64,000 bases of DNA from Takakia lepidozioides. Its lineage: Eukaryota; Plantae; Bryophyta. The notes beneath the pieces are model-generated. The model saw only the letters and a program-made list of their open reading frames with translations. It was not told where the DNA came from and ran no database searches. Positions 25,615 to 38,408 of this stretch are shown in pieces. The stretch covers positions 45,136,001 to 45,200,000 of the forward strand of contig CM060732.1 in the NCBI GenBank assembly GCA_030704615.1, given 5' to 3'. Numbering within the stretch: position 1 is the stretch's first letter; every line of letters begins with the position of its first letter. Both the position numbers and the translations under genes were made by a program.

Positions 25615-25936
25615 CCAAAAGTGGACATGCCACCACTCGGATGTCAACATTGGTTGATCCTCGATACTCATATCGTGTGTATGCTCCTTGTTTTTAGTTT
25701 TTATCTCGCTCACTCTCCCCTTTGCCTACTGCTAGGAGGTCCGGTTAATATTATGTTTTTGTCGCTCATCGACGTTGGAACTGCGATTTAACCCCAACCT
25801 CAAGTCCCACATCACGGCCTTTGCCATCTCATCCTTTCGTTCCTTACGGCCTTTAGCCAATACTAAGAGGTCCTGGTCCTATGCTCTTATACCTTGCTCG
25901 ATATGCGAGACCCTATATGGCGCGTCGCAGTACAAG

Positions 25937-26040
25937 AGGAGGTAGCCCAATGGTTGGGAGTTTGTGCCTTGCGGGCGCATAACCAAGGTGATCCTGGGTT
26001 CAAAGTGTCCACCATCCAAGGGAAGGCTGTAGACCCTTGG
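25937..26040 (+). mobile_element. Possible degenerate tRNA-derived SINE head
   Basis: A-box-like GTAGCCCAATGGTT and B-box-like GGGTTCAAAGTGTCC at tRNA-like spacing. No clean cloverleaf, and only one copy in the window. Confidence 0.35.
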
Positions 26041-26527
26041 GAACAAGTAATATAGGTGGTGCCCACAGTGATGGGCAATTCATAAATAAGTGGTGCAATA
26101 TAGCTAGATCAAAGCCGTGCCGTCAGCTTGTGTCTCTGTTGTGTGTGCACCGAACTGCTGGAGCTGCGGGGAGAGCCCAAGTCAACGCGCAATGCGAAGC
26201 GGAGGAGGAGATCAGTGGTGGGAGGAATGCAGGAAAGCATTGGAGGGGGGAGGGAGGGAGGAATCCATGAGGCTGCGGAGGTCTGGACTAATGGGTTGAC
26301 ATATACGTACGGGGCTGTGTTGCCATGAGCTGAGGTTTAGGGAGGGGTGAGAGGGATGCAGGTAGCTGTGGAATTTGTGGAACCGGGTTGTGGGGTGCGG
26401 AGATTGAGGTGACACTGGAGGTCGATGCTTGTAGGGTGAGAGATCTATACGAGTTTTGGGTTGTGGGTTGGTAGATCCGGGTAGTCTTTACACTGCGCTT
26501 GGAGAAGGATCTACAGTCTGGACAGCA

Positions 26528-29500
26528 ATGGTAGCAGATAGCAGCGCCGGCAATCATCGCTGGTGTGTACATACGAATCTTCCCTTTCGTTGCACGAGGT
26601 TTGAGCGCTTTGTTAGGTCTTTCTGGCTGTTGATCTTCTGGGATCGTTGTGCATTTGGCCCAACGCAGCTCTTACCTTTGTCGCTGGAGTGATCGAGCAA
26701 TCTAGCGTGGAACTAACATGGCGTGCCTCAAATGGTGGTCTTTCGTAGGGGTTCCGAAGATGGCCTGGAGGCTGGGAAGGCTGATCAGCCGCAGGAGGAA
26801 CACTGGCTTGTGCAGGAAAGAATTGGTCCCAAGCGTGTGCGCAGGCACGTTCTTGTCACCAAAATAGTTGCAGCCTTGAGTCTCGTCGAGCCTGCACTTA
26901 ACGTAGTATCATGATGAGAGCTCATCGAGGAGAGATGATGTGACCCTTGGGTCGTCTAGATAGTTGTGCCAGATGGGGAAACCGGCATGCAAAGCTAGAT
27001 GGTATGATTGAGCTTATGGTGGCTCGGATCATGCAGATATTTGGTTGACGAGCAGCGTCCTGGAAAACTCAGAGTTAAGGAGACCGATAGCAACTTGGAG
27101 AATGCATCCAATGTGTCGAAAGAACTAAATACAGCGTGGACTATACCGTATGTGCTGCCGCAGGTGCTATTGAATTTTATACTACCTGCTGGATTTCCAG
27201 GTACCTACGTTTTCCCCCGATAGTACCTCTAGTATGTATTGTCATGTATCTAGTGAAAGGTCCCTTCAACAGTCGTAATTCGTTCTGGTTGTTCTGCTAG
27301 TTCAGCATTGTGTTGATGCTTGTTACAAATCCGATTTAAAGAATCGAGTAAGCAAACTTAAGACGTTAATTCATTTGGTCAAGATTTGGACAAGCTCTAA
27401 GCTGTGCACGTCAACAGACGACGGTGCTGCAAGTCATGGTAGATTTATGTCGCATAGTTATACACCGGTTTGTTTTGTACGCGGGTTTCTTAACTGAGAT
27501 GACTGCAAACATGAACCGCATGTTCTGGAACTAAGTGCAGCACGAACTGCCTATGCTTGTGCTTTATGTGGAGGTAGGGTCTGTTTCCGACGACTATATC
27601 TATTACATGCTATGGCAGTTCCCGTGCAACGTTGCCGGCTGGGCAAGCACCACCATCGTCACATCAAGTCTTTTGAAGGTACCAATTAGAATTATGCCCT
27701 ATAATCTGATCTCAGTCAATAAGTTCTCACTTTCTCACAAAGAAACTTGACGCTTTTCGGAATTCTCGAGTGTAGACCTGTACAGGGTTGTCTTAAAAAT
27801 ATTGGTGGTAGTGATTTGAGGACTGCGAACTTATCTGCATCCCAAGCGAAGGATTTGCTACCCATGCTCAAGAAGTGTCTTGACTTTGTTTTGGTGTTGG
27901 TATTTCCTGATCCTGAGACTTCGGGCGGCGACGATTGCTGCAGGCAGTTGGTATAGACGCAGGTGCGGGGACTGCAGGTGCCGCTACAGCAGCCATAAAG
28001 TGAGTGCTCTCTCCTCTTTCGAGAAAATTCCAAAGATCGCTTGAATCATTATGTTGGTGAAGAGCATCACACCATTTTGGTCACTGTACACTAAATTGTC
28101 TGCCAAGGGCCACCGGTCTGGCAGTCTATCCTGAACATTTATTTAGAACTCCTTCCCAAATGAAAATTGGGATTCAGGTCAACACTCTCGTGACCACAAT
28201 TTGAGATAGTGCTGGGCATGTTTTGGTAGCAACGGGTGATATGGTGCTTCGTGGTGATTCTGATTTAATTGTGCATCTCCATCGTTGATGCTGCAGATGG
28301 GTGACGAAGGATGGATTAGGAGCCATTGGTCGACTATTTATTGGTACATTGAGCTTCTTCTCCCTTGAATGCAGCCCTACCTTGTGAGCAGCACATTCCA
28401 CCACCTGCATTGTCACAATACAATCTGAACCTGTTCACTTGTTTGATGCACAGGTGGCCATTTTGGAAGTGTATTCGATGAAGATCCCAAGCAATGGCGG
28501 ATGTTTGGGGACCTGATTGGCAGCAGTGGCAGGTTAGCTCGTAAGCTTCTCCGAGTCACCCTTTCCTCCATCAATTTTAGATTCTATGAGTGAAGTGTGA
28601 GGCAGATAACTGCTGAAAGCATACTCCATTGCATACAGGAAACACCAAACCCATGTATTCTTTTCAGCTGTACTGAACCTTTTACTCTTTCAGGAGTTCC
28701 ACTCGAGAGCAGTGATTTGTACAAGGAGAGACCAGCATGTACAAAACATGATCTAGCTGAGAAGCATTGGCCTTCCAACAGTTCCAGCTTTGTCATAGTT
28801 GACCTTCAACCGTGGAGCTTTGTTGAAAGTATTTGGAACGAGGCGGAATTGCACATGCCTATGGTTTTGTTTCAAGTAGTCACAGAATTTTTTGGGGCAG
28901 TCAGATCCAGTATCAAAGTGATTTTCCCTGTCAATTTGTGGACACTCTCGGTTTGAAGAACTTATGGGAAGATGTGCATTACGTGTCTTGCAGCATACTT
29001 GAGCTGGTGACCCCTCTCTTTCCTGCAAGCTTTCTGGTCCTAGCTTCCCTTGGGTATCTTTGCCAGGTACATCCCTCTTGTGATGCAGACTCCTGGCAGT
29101 TATGACTTCACTTGTGCACACACACCTTGGTTACATTTGCACTGGTATACATTGAAAATCTAGACTAACTGGGATTGAACGTCAAAAAAATTCTTGCTCC
29201 AATGTAAGCAGGCCATGGGAAAAGGATTGGCTGAGCCATGCTTTCGAGTAGCTCAGACCCATTTTGCAATAAATGAGAATGTTGGGGACATTGTTGCGAA
29301 AGAGGAGGTGTGGGAAGTGGTGGCCCAACTCTGGGGGCTTTGTTTTGGCGTGTTCATCCTTGTGAGTTTTCAATGTCATTTTTACCAGCTCTGTTACAAC
29401 TTGTCAAATAGTCAAGTTCAATTCCATCAATATTTGAGGAGACCTGATGCTGATGTTCTCAATACCTTGGTAAGCTTTGAGATGCGAGACATTGTACATC

Positions 29501-31676
29501 ATTTTCACCATGTCATTTCATTACATTTTCCCTTCTGAAGGAACATTGTGAACACAATTTACATTATTTCGTTTGTGGGGGACCTGCAGTCTGCACCAGG
29601 AATGACAGAATACTGGAGATTGGCATGGACTTGGATTATGCTCAGGGCCTTTCACCTCTACTTGCGGTATCGGAGTCTGTCAGTGCTACGTTTATACACT
29701 GTAAGCTCTACTGTTCGTGTGGACAGGTCTCTAACAAAAACTTCTGTTATATAGAATTGTCATGACCATGTCAAGACACAAGTTTGCTCGAAATGACCAT
29801 GAGAGGAGATGATCGACAATTTTGAGAAAATGATACAGTCAATTTTACAGGCTGGGGTCCTTGAGCCTTTCCTTCTGGGTGTCACCTTCATGAGCTTCCT
29901 AATTACCGCAGATGCTGCAACAAATCCACAAGGTCACCCACTAGGTGTTTCTCTTGAAATACGAAGGTCTCACGACTCAGAGAGACTTCCACTGAGCATG
30001 CATGCTAACTTGTGATTAAGGGTCATCTGTGAAATGCTGCACCACAGGGAATCTGATGGGTCCAAGCCGTGCTATAGGAAATCTCCTAAGGAAACATAAA
30101 TATGGATGGCTAGGTGGTGGATCTAGGCATTTTTTTTCTAACTTGAATGTTGTGTTGGGCCTGTGCAGATCAATTATAAGCGCGCACAATTGTTGATTAG
30201 TGCTCATGTTCAAGGCTCTCCAGTTCCAGGTACAGCTGCTGTCTAGAGTACTGGGTGCTCTGAAGTTGAGAAGAGCTGGCAGATTCTCTTTGTCTTTCTT
30301 TGAAGAACAGTATGTCTACATAATCACACCTTGAAAAACAACGTGGGTGTCACGAATGCAAGTTTACATTCGGACACAACGATTCCAAGTCACATCTGCA
30401 TGCTGCTTTCCTTTTCATTTGTAACATTACTCAGTGCAACAACTACGGTATTGAGGATGTCAGCCTGCAGATTTCTTGAACTGAATATTACAATGCCCGA
30501 TGTGTTGATTGTGTCAGGACGCCATGAATGCAACATTAAAGAGAAATTGATGGTCCCGCGACTATTTTTGAGGCCACGTGTTCATATTGGTTCCTCTCTC
30601 AGGGATCTCCTAGGACCTGAGCCTTCACCCCTGCAGGTCATCCCTTGCATATACTCTCCTTGACATCTTTGAAGCTCTGACCATCTTATTAGTGTATCTT
30701 CTACACTCGATACTATGCCTGCTATTATGATTCGGTGTGAACTTCCACTCTAAATGACTGGCGTGTTTCGCTTTTTGCTGACCAAATGATTTTCATGGAC
30801 CTGGAGCTTTATTCTGTGCGAGGATAATAATCATGGGCCTTTCACAATCTGGGAACAGGTAAAGGAGTTGCTGAGACTGTACCATAATGAGAAGTATCTG
30901 ATGGTTCTCCATCCCAATAGACTTCACGGCCTGGAGGCACGCGTTCTGTTCAAGGTGACCATCATGTGACATACAAATCACCTTTTGGTCTAGCTGCGAA
31001 TCATACGTAGGACAACAATTTCTCACCTGGACAATGTCAATCCTATGCCACAGTTCACATGAGACCCTTTCGCTGTTGTATATTTTTCACTGCTGCCGAG
31101 AGGTAAGGAGATGCTAGAGCGGTGCTACGTTTTGCTCATGAATCATGTCGTCATGGTTTCAAGCCGATTAAAGAGGAAACTTCCAGCAAACTGATGGTTG
31201 TTAGAATGTTCTATCAAGGCACGCTCAGTGTGATTCCTGATATTGAAGTGACTCACAAAACCTGGATCAGAGATGTAACTGCCCATTGACTGGGGACACA
31301 TTGCTATAACGAGGAGAGGTATAGCTGATGCTAATGCTGTGCATGGTGAGCGCAGGAGGGAATGACAAGCCTGACTATCCTCCGGAGCATGTGGCAAGCA
31401 TGCTGGCTATTGCTTCCAAACTTCACGGACAAGGAAGATCTGCAGGCCCTTATAAAGCATAGGAATTGGCCTGACACAAAAATTGGTTTACACAAACTAG
31501 ATCCAAATGATGGAAGTGATGATATGGGGGGCCAAGGGAGCAGTTTATCCATTAGTCTGCAAGAAATGCAACAGAATTTTGACTCATTTGTACATGAACT
31601 AGAGGAGGCTGGGTGGGACACCAACAAAATTGTGTTGAGATTACCAAACGGAGCACCCCTTCTCTCAGAGTTATAA
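26528..31676 (+). CDS. RUS5: ROOT UVB SENSITIVE (DUF647) family protein, RUS5-like, copy 1; multi-exon, start codon uncertain
   Basis: In-phase exons encode FILPAGFPGSVSDDYIYYMLWQFP, WVTKDGLGAIGRLFIGG, FDEDPKQWRM, HFAINENVGDIVAKEEVWEV, INYKRAQLL and ILRSMWQACWL. Stop at 31674-31676. Confidence 0.9.
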
Positions 31677-31869
31677 GAAAAATATTGAACTAACCCCACT
31701 GCAGGAAGTATGCAAACTGAAGTCAGAACGAGAACGATTTTCTCAGTTATCTCTACATTCTAGTTCTGATACATGTCTCGACACAATCTGTGGAGACACG
31801 GTGAGAGAATGGAAAAGCGAAATAGAAGGTGTGCTAAAGGGGATGGGACCGGTGGGCCTTTTTTTGGAA

Positions 31870-33529
31870 TTGTCTTTGGAGTGCGAAAGAATGGTCTATG
31901 TTTGCTTCGTGGACTTTCACAAAGCCTTTGATTCAGTTCCTGGGGACCTTCTCTTCCAACGGCTCCATAGAATGGAAGTCCCTCCAGACATCCTTTGTGC
32001 CATCTCTTCTATGTATGAGATTGTCACTGGCATGGTCCACGTCGCTGGTGAATTCTCAGCCGAGGTCCACAGCAACATTGGAGTCAAACAGGGCTGCCCC
32101 CTTTCACCTACCCTGTTCGGGATCTACATTGACGCTTGGGAGAATTACATATCAAAAAACGATGGGGTTGGGGTACCATTGGATGGGGGACCAACGCAAT
32201 CAGATCTCCTCTACGCTGATGATGTTGCCCTTTTGGCACTATCCCCGGTCTTCCTGCAACGCCATCTCAAAATTTTGGAACAGTTCTGCAAAGACTATGG
32301 GATGCAAGTCAGTCTTAGCAAGACCAAGATCATGGTCTTCAATGGCCAGGCTGATCGTAGATTCATCTTCAACCAGCAGGAAATTGAGATTGTGAAATCA
32401 TACCGATACCTGGGTCTGGTTATCCACTCCCCCAAGTTTCACTTTGCAGCCACTGCCTTGGACAGATTGACTAAAGGTAAGGCGGCCTCCGTCCGCCTTC
32501 AGGCCAAATGCAAGCAAATACATCTGCATCATCCCCCGACCAAAAAGTGGCTGTTTGACACTGTCGTCATCCCTGCTACCATCTATGGTTGTGAGTTCTG
32601 GGCACCTGGTGTCCCTGTCTCCTGGTGGGAAAAGAATTTGGAGCCATTACAGTCATCTTTTCTCCAAGCAATGCTTGGCGCCAGGAGCACAACTCCATCT
32701 CAGATCCTAGGGGCAGAGTTCGCATGTGTACCATTGCAATCCGAGGCCCTCTTCCGGCTTACAATCTTTCTCCATAGATTACAGGCCCTTCCACCCAAGG
32801 GGCTCGTGGCAAGGGCCCTCACAACATCTATGAGGCTCAAAGCTGCAGGTTTCAGGAACTCCTGGTATGCTCGAGTGGACAGTTTATTTCAACGTAACGG
32901 ACTTTCTACTGCTTTCCTATTACCAATGAATCCAGATGAGGTGGACATCACGTCCAGACATGACCGCAACAGACTCATTAGGAGAGAGCTTATGGAATTA
33001 CATGTCCAGAGAACTTGGAAGCTACCCAATCTCACAACAAAGCTCCACTTCTATCGAGAGACATTCTTGGTGCTCCGCGACAATAGAATCTTGAGACCAA
33101 ATTACCTTTCAGCATCCTTATCTCCTTCCCTCCTGAGGGCATTGGGGCGGTTCAGGGTGGGTTCCCACAACCTACGGATAGAGACTGGCAGATGGGAAAA
33201 CCTGCAACGGGAGGACCGCCTATGTCCAGCTTGCATAGGGCGCAGCCAGGAAATCGAAACTGAAGCACACTTCTTCTACTGCCCTCTATACTACGAGATC
33301 CGTGGGAGATTCCACTGTTTATTCAGTGGAACCCAAACTCTCACTGATGTCTTCCACTATGAGGATAAAAAATGCTTGGCAGCCTACCTGCACGAGGCCT
33401 TCACCCTTCGACATTCGCTAGAACATTAATTGTGGTTTCTGGACTTGTTCCTCTCTCATGCTTCCATTTTGTCCCATAAGCTCTATGAGCTTTCCGCGGA
33501 CGTTATTAAGTACCATTTCATTTCATTTC
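31870..33529 (+). mobile_element. LINE family A (RTEX/RTE-like), 5'-truncated: RT, C-terminal Cys domain, 3' UTR and (ATTTC)n tail
   Basis: Open ORF 31801..33429 with FVDFHKAFDSV, GVKQGCPLSPTLF, LLYADD, YRYLG and RFRVGSHNLRIETGRW..RLCPAC..ETEAHFFYCPLY. Ends CATTTCATTTCATTTC. Confidence 0.95.
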
Positions 33530-34402
33530 GTCTCCTGTGTACCCAGTTTGAGGCTTCGCAAAAGATTTCATGACTGTTTATAGTGCATATCCATGGCTGC
33601 AGGGTGAGTCTAAGAATTCGGACTTCTGTTTTTAGTTTCTTTGTGGTTACTTTGGAGAGAGTAGAACGAGCTCTCTCTAGCTTTTAAAGCTGAGCACAGT
33701 GGTAGTGCTCCCAGAGTAGGCCCATGCTTGTGAGATCTGACATTTCTTGGTGGCCGTGAAGGACGCACATCCCACATCGCCCAGCTGCCCCTCTGCACCC
33801 TGCATGCCTTAATCCGATGAGGCCACACAGAACTTGAAGCCACGAGAATTTCAGGATGCTCATGGATACAGTCGCACTGCTCAAAAGATATATATGCAGG
33901 CTATTTAACAAGTCAATGTACAAGAATCGGAAACAACAATCCAAGACTTCAGGTCATTGGAAGCTGCTCCCTGCTGGAGTCTCGGAGATAAGGTGCTACG
34001 ATTGCCAGTCCTGAGTCTAGCAGGCATCCACTTGGGGGATAGTTTCTTACCGGACACAATGGCTTACAGACCCGATATGTTCCAGATGCAAGGGTCATCA
34101 GATGCTCGGCAAACAATATAATGCAAGACTTCAAACTTCTCAAGTGCAACAAATGAATCTTAAGCCCCATTTCTGCCACATAGTTTGTCCCATCTACAAA
34201 AGGACAATCCTACCAAACCCATAGCTTTGAGTTTCTTTCTGTACGCTGCTGTCCGACCATGGGGAAAAGGGAGGTTTCTTGGTTGGAGTGCCTAGGTGCT
34301 CAACCAAGCTTCCCTCTTTCTGTATTCCTCACTGTCTAATCCAACCAAACCAGACATGCACTGTACAACCATACGCTATCGTATGCAAGATTATATTATA
34401 GA

Positions 34403-37226
34403 TTACTCAGAACCCCTTTCTTCATTAGTCTCCACAGAGTCATTGGTTGGCGAACTCGATGGGGGTTCTATGATGCCTCTTGAATCATTTGAGGACGGAA
34501 GGTTGCTGTTCAATGCTAGCTGCAGTGAGTACAGCGTCAAGCCGATAGAGTTGGCCGCAAATACAAAAGTTGCCAGATAACAAAGCCCAGTCAAGATAGT
34601 CCTGCATACATCAACCAAGACACTAAATCAAAATCTGGAGGTCAATATCCATGGCCTGAAATGCAAATTAGAGGAACACACCAAAAGTGATGTACAGGGG
34701 TTCTGCCCAGGATTGTGTGAATGGACCACCTTGAGAATGTACTCATAAGACGTTGTTTGCCGTGGCCTTGTGGCCATTGACCCCGTGCTCAGTTTGAGCA
34801 GAACATATAGGGACAGAAACTACCTTTGTCAGGGGCTGGAACCGGTAGTATGACTTACCTTGGAGCAGACAATTGATCCAAGTTTTCAAAGATATCCTCT
34901 AGAAATCCCTTTACACAAGCATCAATCTGCTGTGTGTGGTTTGCCCAATAAACTAGGCCCCAAAAGGGCCTGGGCTTTTGGCTCAGCCTCAAGACTTTTG
35001 GACCACCTTTAGAGAAAGGAAAGAGAGATCGATTTCTTGGAGACATTCAATTTTGCATCCAAACAAAATCCCTCTCTAGCTAGATTGCCCTCATTTCTGC
35101 TCATTTCAGCGAACAGGTTGTGGGGATCTAGGACCATAAGGCTTACAGCAAGCAAAATCAAATGAAGAACTCCTACAATTTCTTGCCGTCAAAAATTGAG
35201 TCGAAAGTTTCAAAGGATTGATGTTGATCCCTGGGATAGTTTGATGGCACTCACCGAACTGTTACTGTCAAATTGCGAATCTGCACAACAACCCAATAGA
35301 TGTCATTGGAATTCATTGATATCTTTCAACACCTTTCTCTCTGTCACTCACACACAGACATTCACACAGGTGTGTGGGGTCCTCCTGGCATGGAAAGATT
35401 AATCTGGTTGGTACGACAACTCATCTCAAACCCTTCCCAAACCTCTTGTATTCCCTCCATTCACTCCTGATTGGACAAACTGCATGTACAACAGATACTT
35501 ATTCTTGCCTATGCAACGTGCGTGCCAAATTTGGGAGCAAACATAATTCATTTGGACCCAAAACCACAGTTTCTAAATCCAAGTACAGACTTGCCATTGC
35601 TGTCTAACAACTTGTCACTTGCAAGAAGAAGTGTTGCTATAGCTGGTCACATGGGCATAAGATGTTAGTACATGGGGGCATTCCCAAGCAAAATGGATGC
35701 AGCGACAGAGGAAAGATGCAGAAGGAAATTCATGAAGGCCTGAAGGGTAGAATATTCAGTGGAGACCACAGTGAAAGCAAGCCTTACATACCGAGTAATT
35801 AGTAGAAACTACTTTGCCCACAAACCCACCCTCTACAGTGGTGGTAAACTTGTAGAGCACCAGGGCTATGGATCCTGCAACCAGAGCTCCTGATAATGTC
35901 GCCAGAGCACTTGGGCGGGGTACTTCCACCTCCGGTGCTTTGGTGATACCAAGGATGGCAGCCTTCCTTGCTTCTTCATTTATGCTTTTCACAGATTCCT
36001 CGCCTGTTGAGCGGAATTTCTACACAAAAATTCAAGCCGTAAGGACTGTTTGCCTCCCTGCCACATTCTGTCCCTTTAGACACCATTTTCTACACTCAGG
36101 CAGCCAGGCAGTCTCACAACAGCTACATCAGTCACATTCTATTAGTTAGAACTACTCAGCAAGTCTGGAGAGACATAAGTGGGGCTGAGTTGACACTGGT
36201 GTGTGGCAAGCCCACAACTGGGTTTGGGTGAGTCTGTGATTACGAGGATTGTTGATCTCAATAATTGCTGTGTAGCCAACACTAGGAGGGAACGGTCAAT
36301 AACCACACACATATGATCAGAAGTCCAGTTCTAGACAGGGGTTCCAAAAGGGAAACAGTACAACTACAGCAGTAAACCTTCTGCTATAACAATGCATCTC
36401 CTTTCCTCTCTTTCATCCTTCCTTCCAACTGCTCCTCCTCTCTACTTTATTCAACAAAGGCTATTCTTAACATTCCGATGAGTATATCGTTCTCTCCACC
36501 TCCCTAATAAATCCTACCAGCTCCTATCTGTACACTGCCAATTAAATCCGGAACTAATGACGGAAAGCCACTGTGGCTTGATCCATCAGAGTTACTGTTA
36601 TGCGCTTTCACTCACACGGAGGTGTTACTCAAAATGAATTTCACATGAATCACCAAGCTTCCCACCCGAGAGGTTGCTCATAAACTACAATTAAATCCTT
36701 AACGAAGGATACACTCGTATCATTGTGATTTTTTTATGACATGCATTGCAACATCTTATCGCGGGGGAGCAACCAAGTGAAGCGAAAAAGAGTAGAGATT
36801 CACCATTTCCTTCGCGCGCTTGGAGCGTCGTCGAATAGAGCGATAGAGAAGCACTGTGATGGTTCCAGTAAGCAGAATACTGGCTACTGCTTGCAATGGG
36901 GTAGTCTCCGGGATGGCAAAGGGATCCATCTCCATGGGTATTTCTATCGGTCCATCTGCCCCTTCAATCCCTTGCACAACTTCGGCGGAGAGTTCAAATA
37001 GCTCACCTAAGCTTAACCTCGTGGCTGTGGAGGACCTCTGTTTTGAAATGGTACTGCAGTCCAAGTCTCTACCTAGATTAGCCGGCCTTTTCAAGACATT
37101 ATAAATCGTTTGAGAGGGCACACCTATAATCGAAGGACGTACTGCAAAGCGGAAGGTAGAGGATGGGCGAAAATGAAAGGGAAGGGGACTTCCATAGCCA
37201 CAGACATGCCCAACAGCCGAAGACAT
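34403..37226 (-). CDS. Plastid membrane protein, DUF3082-like. Exons 37226-36804, 36019-35792, 35280-35255, 34601-34403
   Basis: Ser/Arg-rich transit-like N-terminus; ALVAGSIALVLYKFTTTVE..NYS/IRNLTVTVR/TILTGLCYLATFVFAANSIGL. Splice sites are GT-AG and in phase. Confidence 0.85.
34735..34995 (-). mobile_element. LINE family B 3' end, in intron 3 of the DUF3082 gene
   Basis: WANHTQQIDACVKGFLEDI plus the shared 3' terminus; closely similar to 41446-41760. Confidence 0.8.
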
Positions 37227-38408
37227 TACAGACGAGTTCACCAGCGAGGAGGAGAGCCTGAAAGGCTTTTAAAGGTGACTAAAAGTTCTGAAGATGAGAG
37301 GTTTTTGCGTGGAGGAAACAAACACCATGAAATGAAACATGGAAAGTCCTCTCTAGCATCTTTTCTAGATCTCCAACCTTCTTGGATTTCACTGCGGGCA
37401 CCAAGAGATCCACATCTGCTTAGTATCCACACAGAAGAGAAGAGAGCGATAGGATTTTTTGGTGAAGTGCCCACCGAAACACATGTTATCCAGAATACCC
37501 AGCTACTGGAGCTGAAAAGCGCAGCCTTAACCAATAAACACTCTTCTACCAGGGTGACCAGTCATTTTGACTTCAAATTTATGTACAATGATCTCGTCCA
37601 GAATGCCGGGAAAGAATATTGAAGCATGATCAGACGATGGAGGAAGATCGCTGCAATGGGCAATGAAACTACTGCTCTGTCTTGCTGCTGCTCTTCCGTG
37701 TTTACCGGACATTGTGTTCCATTTGTATGTACTGGACACTCTGGGTTCGGCTCAGGAACATTTTGTGCTTTCAGTGAGAGGCGCAATCAACCACACCCAT
37801 CTTGGAGGCCACCGCTTCATAACCTTAAGTAGTATCTCTATGCTCTTTAGCTTGCAATATGCTTGCTATGGTTGTATGCCAAAAACATGTGTACTCAAAG
37901 TTTGAATTGGAGAGTTATGTTGAACCAGGATAGCCCTTCTGCCACTCCCCAGCATCACCCAGACTGGAATGGTTGGAGATGTTGCTCATTTGTACATTTT
38001 CCTCATAAACATTCCCCTAATTCTGTATACTAGTCAAAAGGTAGGCCTGTCATCATAGCTAGTGTCTTCAGCAGAGCAGGCCACTTCCAAGACTTGTTAG
38101 CCCTGATCATCCACCTCTTCACCATTTGACATTCTACCCCAAGATTAAACACTGACAGCAACAGCTACCACTGCTAAGTAAGTCTATACTTTTCCAGCAT
38201 ACAATGTTGATGCAGAGGTAATGCATTAGAGTCAGGTTTCTGTTGACAGGAGTAGCCTAGTACTGTCCTAAGCCAGTGGGCATATTTCATGGGACCCAGT
38301 ACTTGCTCTCAGCAAGCCAAGGGCGCCAGTGTGTATCTTCCTTCAGAAAGGAGCTATCATTAGTACATAACACCTAGAGGGTTTCCTTGTCAAAAATGAT
38401 TCTGGAGA

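Noticed and set aside
26241-26262. G-quadruplex-like run upstream of RUS copy 1
   Set aside because: Borderline pattern in GA-rich low-complexity DNA, and the transcript start is unknown.
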